Shown here: piece by piece, positions 45,726-46,337 of the stretch
Position numbering within the stretch: the stretch's first letter is position 1
How the letters are laid out: each line of letters starts with the position of its first letter
Origin: a virus
Lineage: Duplodnaviria; Caudoviricetes
DNA length: 46,337 bases
Strand: one strand, 5' to 3'
IMG/VR virus record: IMGVR_UViG_3300025875_000047
Coordinates: 1-46,337 of that record
Notes under the pieces: generated by a model
The model's input: the letters and a program-made list of their open reading frames with translations, nothing else
Databases searched by the model: none
What the model was told of the DNA's origin: nothing
Made by a program: the position numbers and the translations under genes

Positions 45726-46279
45726 GCTACAAGCCCCGGATATTCGACAGGTCGATATACCTTAGCGGGAAAGTTGCGATTGACAAGATCGGCGAAGCTG
45801 GCGGTGCCGGTCATTTGCGTTAGGTTCGATGAAATGCTTGTCATCGAAAGACCGCCTAGAATGAACTGCGGCGTATCCGGGTCGCTTGCGAGATATTCCC
45901 GATAAGTGATATCGAGTGTCGCGCGCACCCCGATAAGTGCGTCAAGCTGCGGCGTAATCAGATATGCGACGTTATCGACTGATACTGTTACCGACGGAAC
46001 TTGACCTTCCTGTTGATCGGGCAGGCTGAAGCCGAAGCCGCAGGCGATGAAGTCAACCGACGCGCCGGGGTCTAGTGGCGCGTCGGCTTCAAGCTTCAGT
46101 TTATGCCCGAACACGATATCACCGCCGTCTTCGGTCAATATGTCGCCTAGATCGGCAACGATTCGGATAGGTTTAACAAGCGAAGGATGACGCAATTCCA
46201 GTGTTGATAGAATTACGTCATCAAGAGGTAAAGAAGCGTAAGCTTCAGCAATTGCGTCCGACCAAGGATCATAAGTCAT
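45722..46279 (-). CDS. Minor tail protein (DUF1833-like)
   Basis: AEAYAS, TLELRHPS, YREYLASD and EYPGL; follows the tailspike gene across the circular junction. Confidence 0.82.
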   Translation of the reverse strand: MTYDPWSDAIAEAYASLPLDDVILSTLELRHPSLVKPIRIVADLGDILTEDGGDIVFGHKLKLEADAPLDPGASVDFIACGFGFSLPDQQEGQVPSVTVSVDNVAYLITPQLDALIGVRATLDITYREYLASDPDTPQFILGGLSMTSISSNLTQMTGTASFADLVNRNFPAKVYRPVEYPGLVA

Positions 46280-46337
46280 GTTTAACTATTCCATTTGCTA
46301 CCCGCGTAGGTAAACCGGCGCGAACCATAGTTAGTGT
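46211..46337. repeat. Terminal direct repeat, copy 2
   Basis: Identical to 1-127. Confidence 0.95.

Overview
The window is an apparently complete, circularly permuted genome of a lytic siphovirus. It has about 46,210 bp of unique sequence, and bases 1-127 are repeated exactly at 46211-46337. The host is probably an alphaproteobacterium, inferred from promoter style, scarcity of GANTC and TTAA-N7-TTAA boxes. The minus strand carries the lysis cassette, terminase, portal, head and tail genes (with a GGGAAAC -1 frameshift chaperone pair and two beta-helix tailspikes), a 21-29 kb cluster of small early genes, and a primase-polymerase/helicase beside an AT-rich putative origin. The plus strand (32-41.5 kb) carries a DNA methyltransferase, Sak4-like ATPase, SSB, HNH nuclease, Cas4-like nuclease, SF2 helicase, sliding clamp and family A DNA polymerase. 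No integrase, tRNA or CRISPR array was seen. The most notable observations are: a family A polymerase with His at the steric-gate Glu plus other active-site changes; a repeated ACCGGGCA leader motif in early and replication genes; a minimal protein-kinase-fold gene coupled to a VRR-NUC nuclease; a small Cys protein carrying the SSB C-terminal DDIPF tip that the phage SSB lacks; and a three-way-junction RNA candidate. All family assignments come from motif recognition by eye, not database searches.
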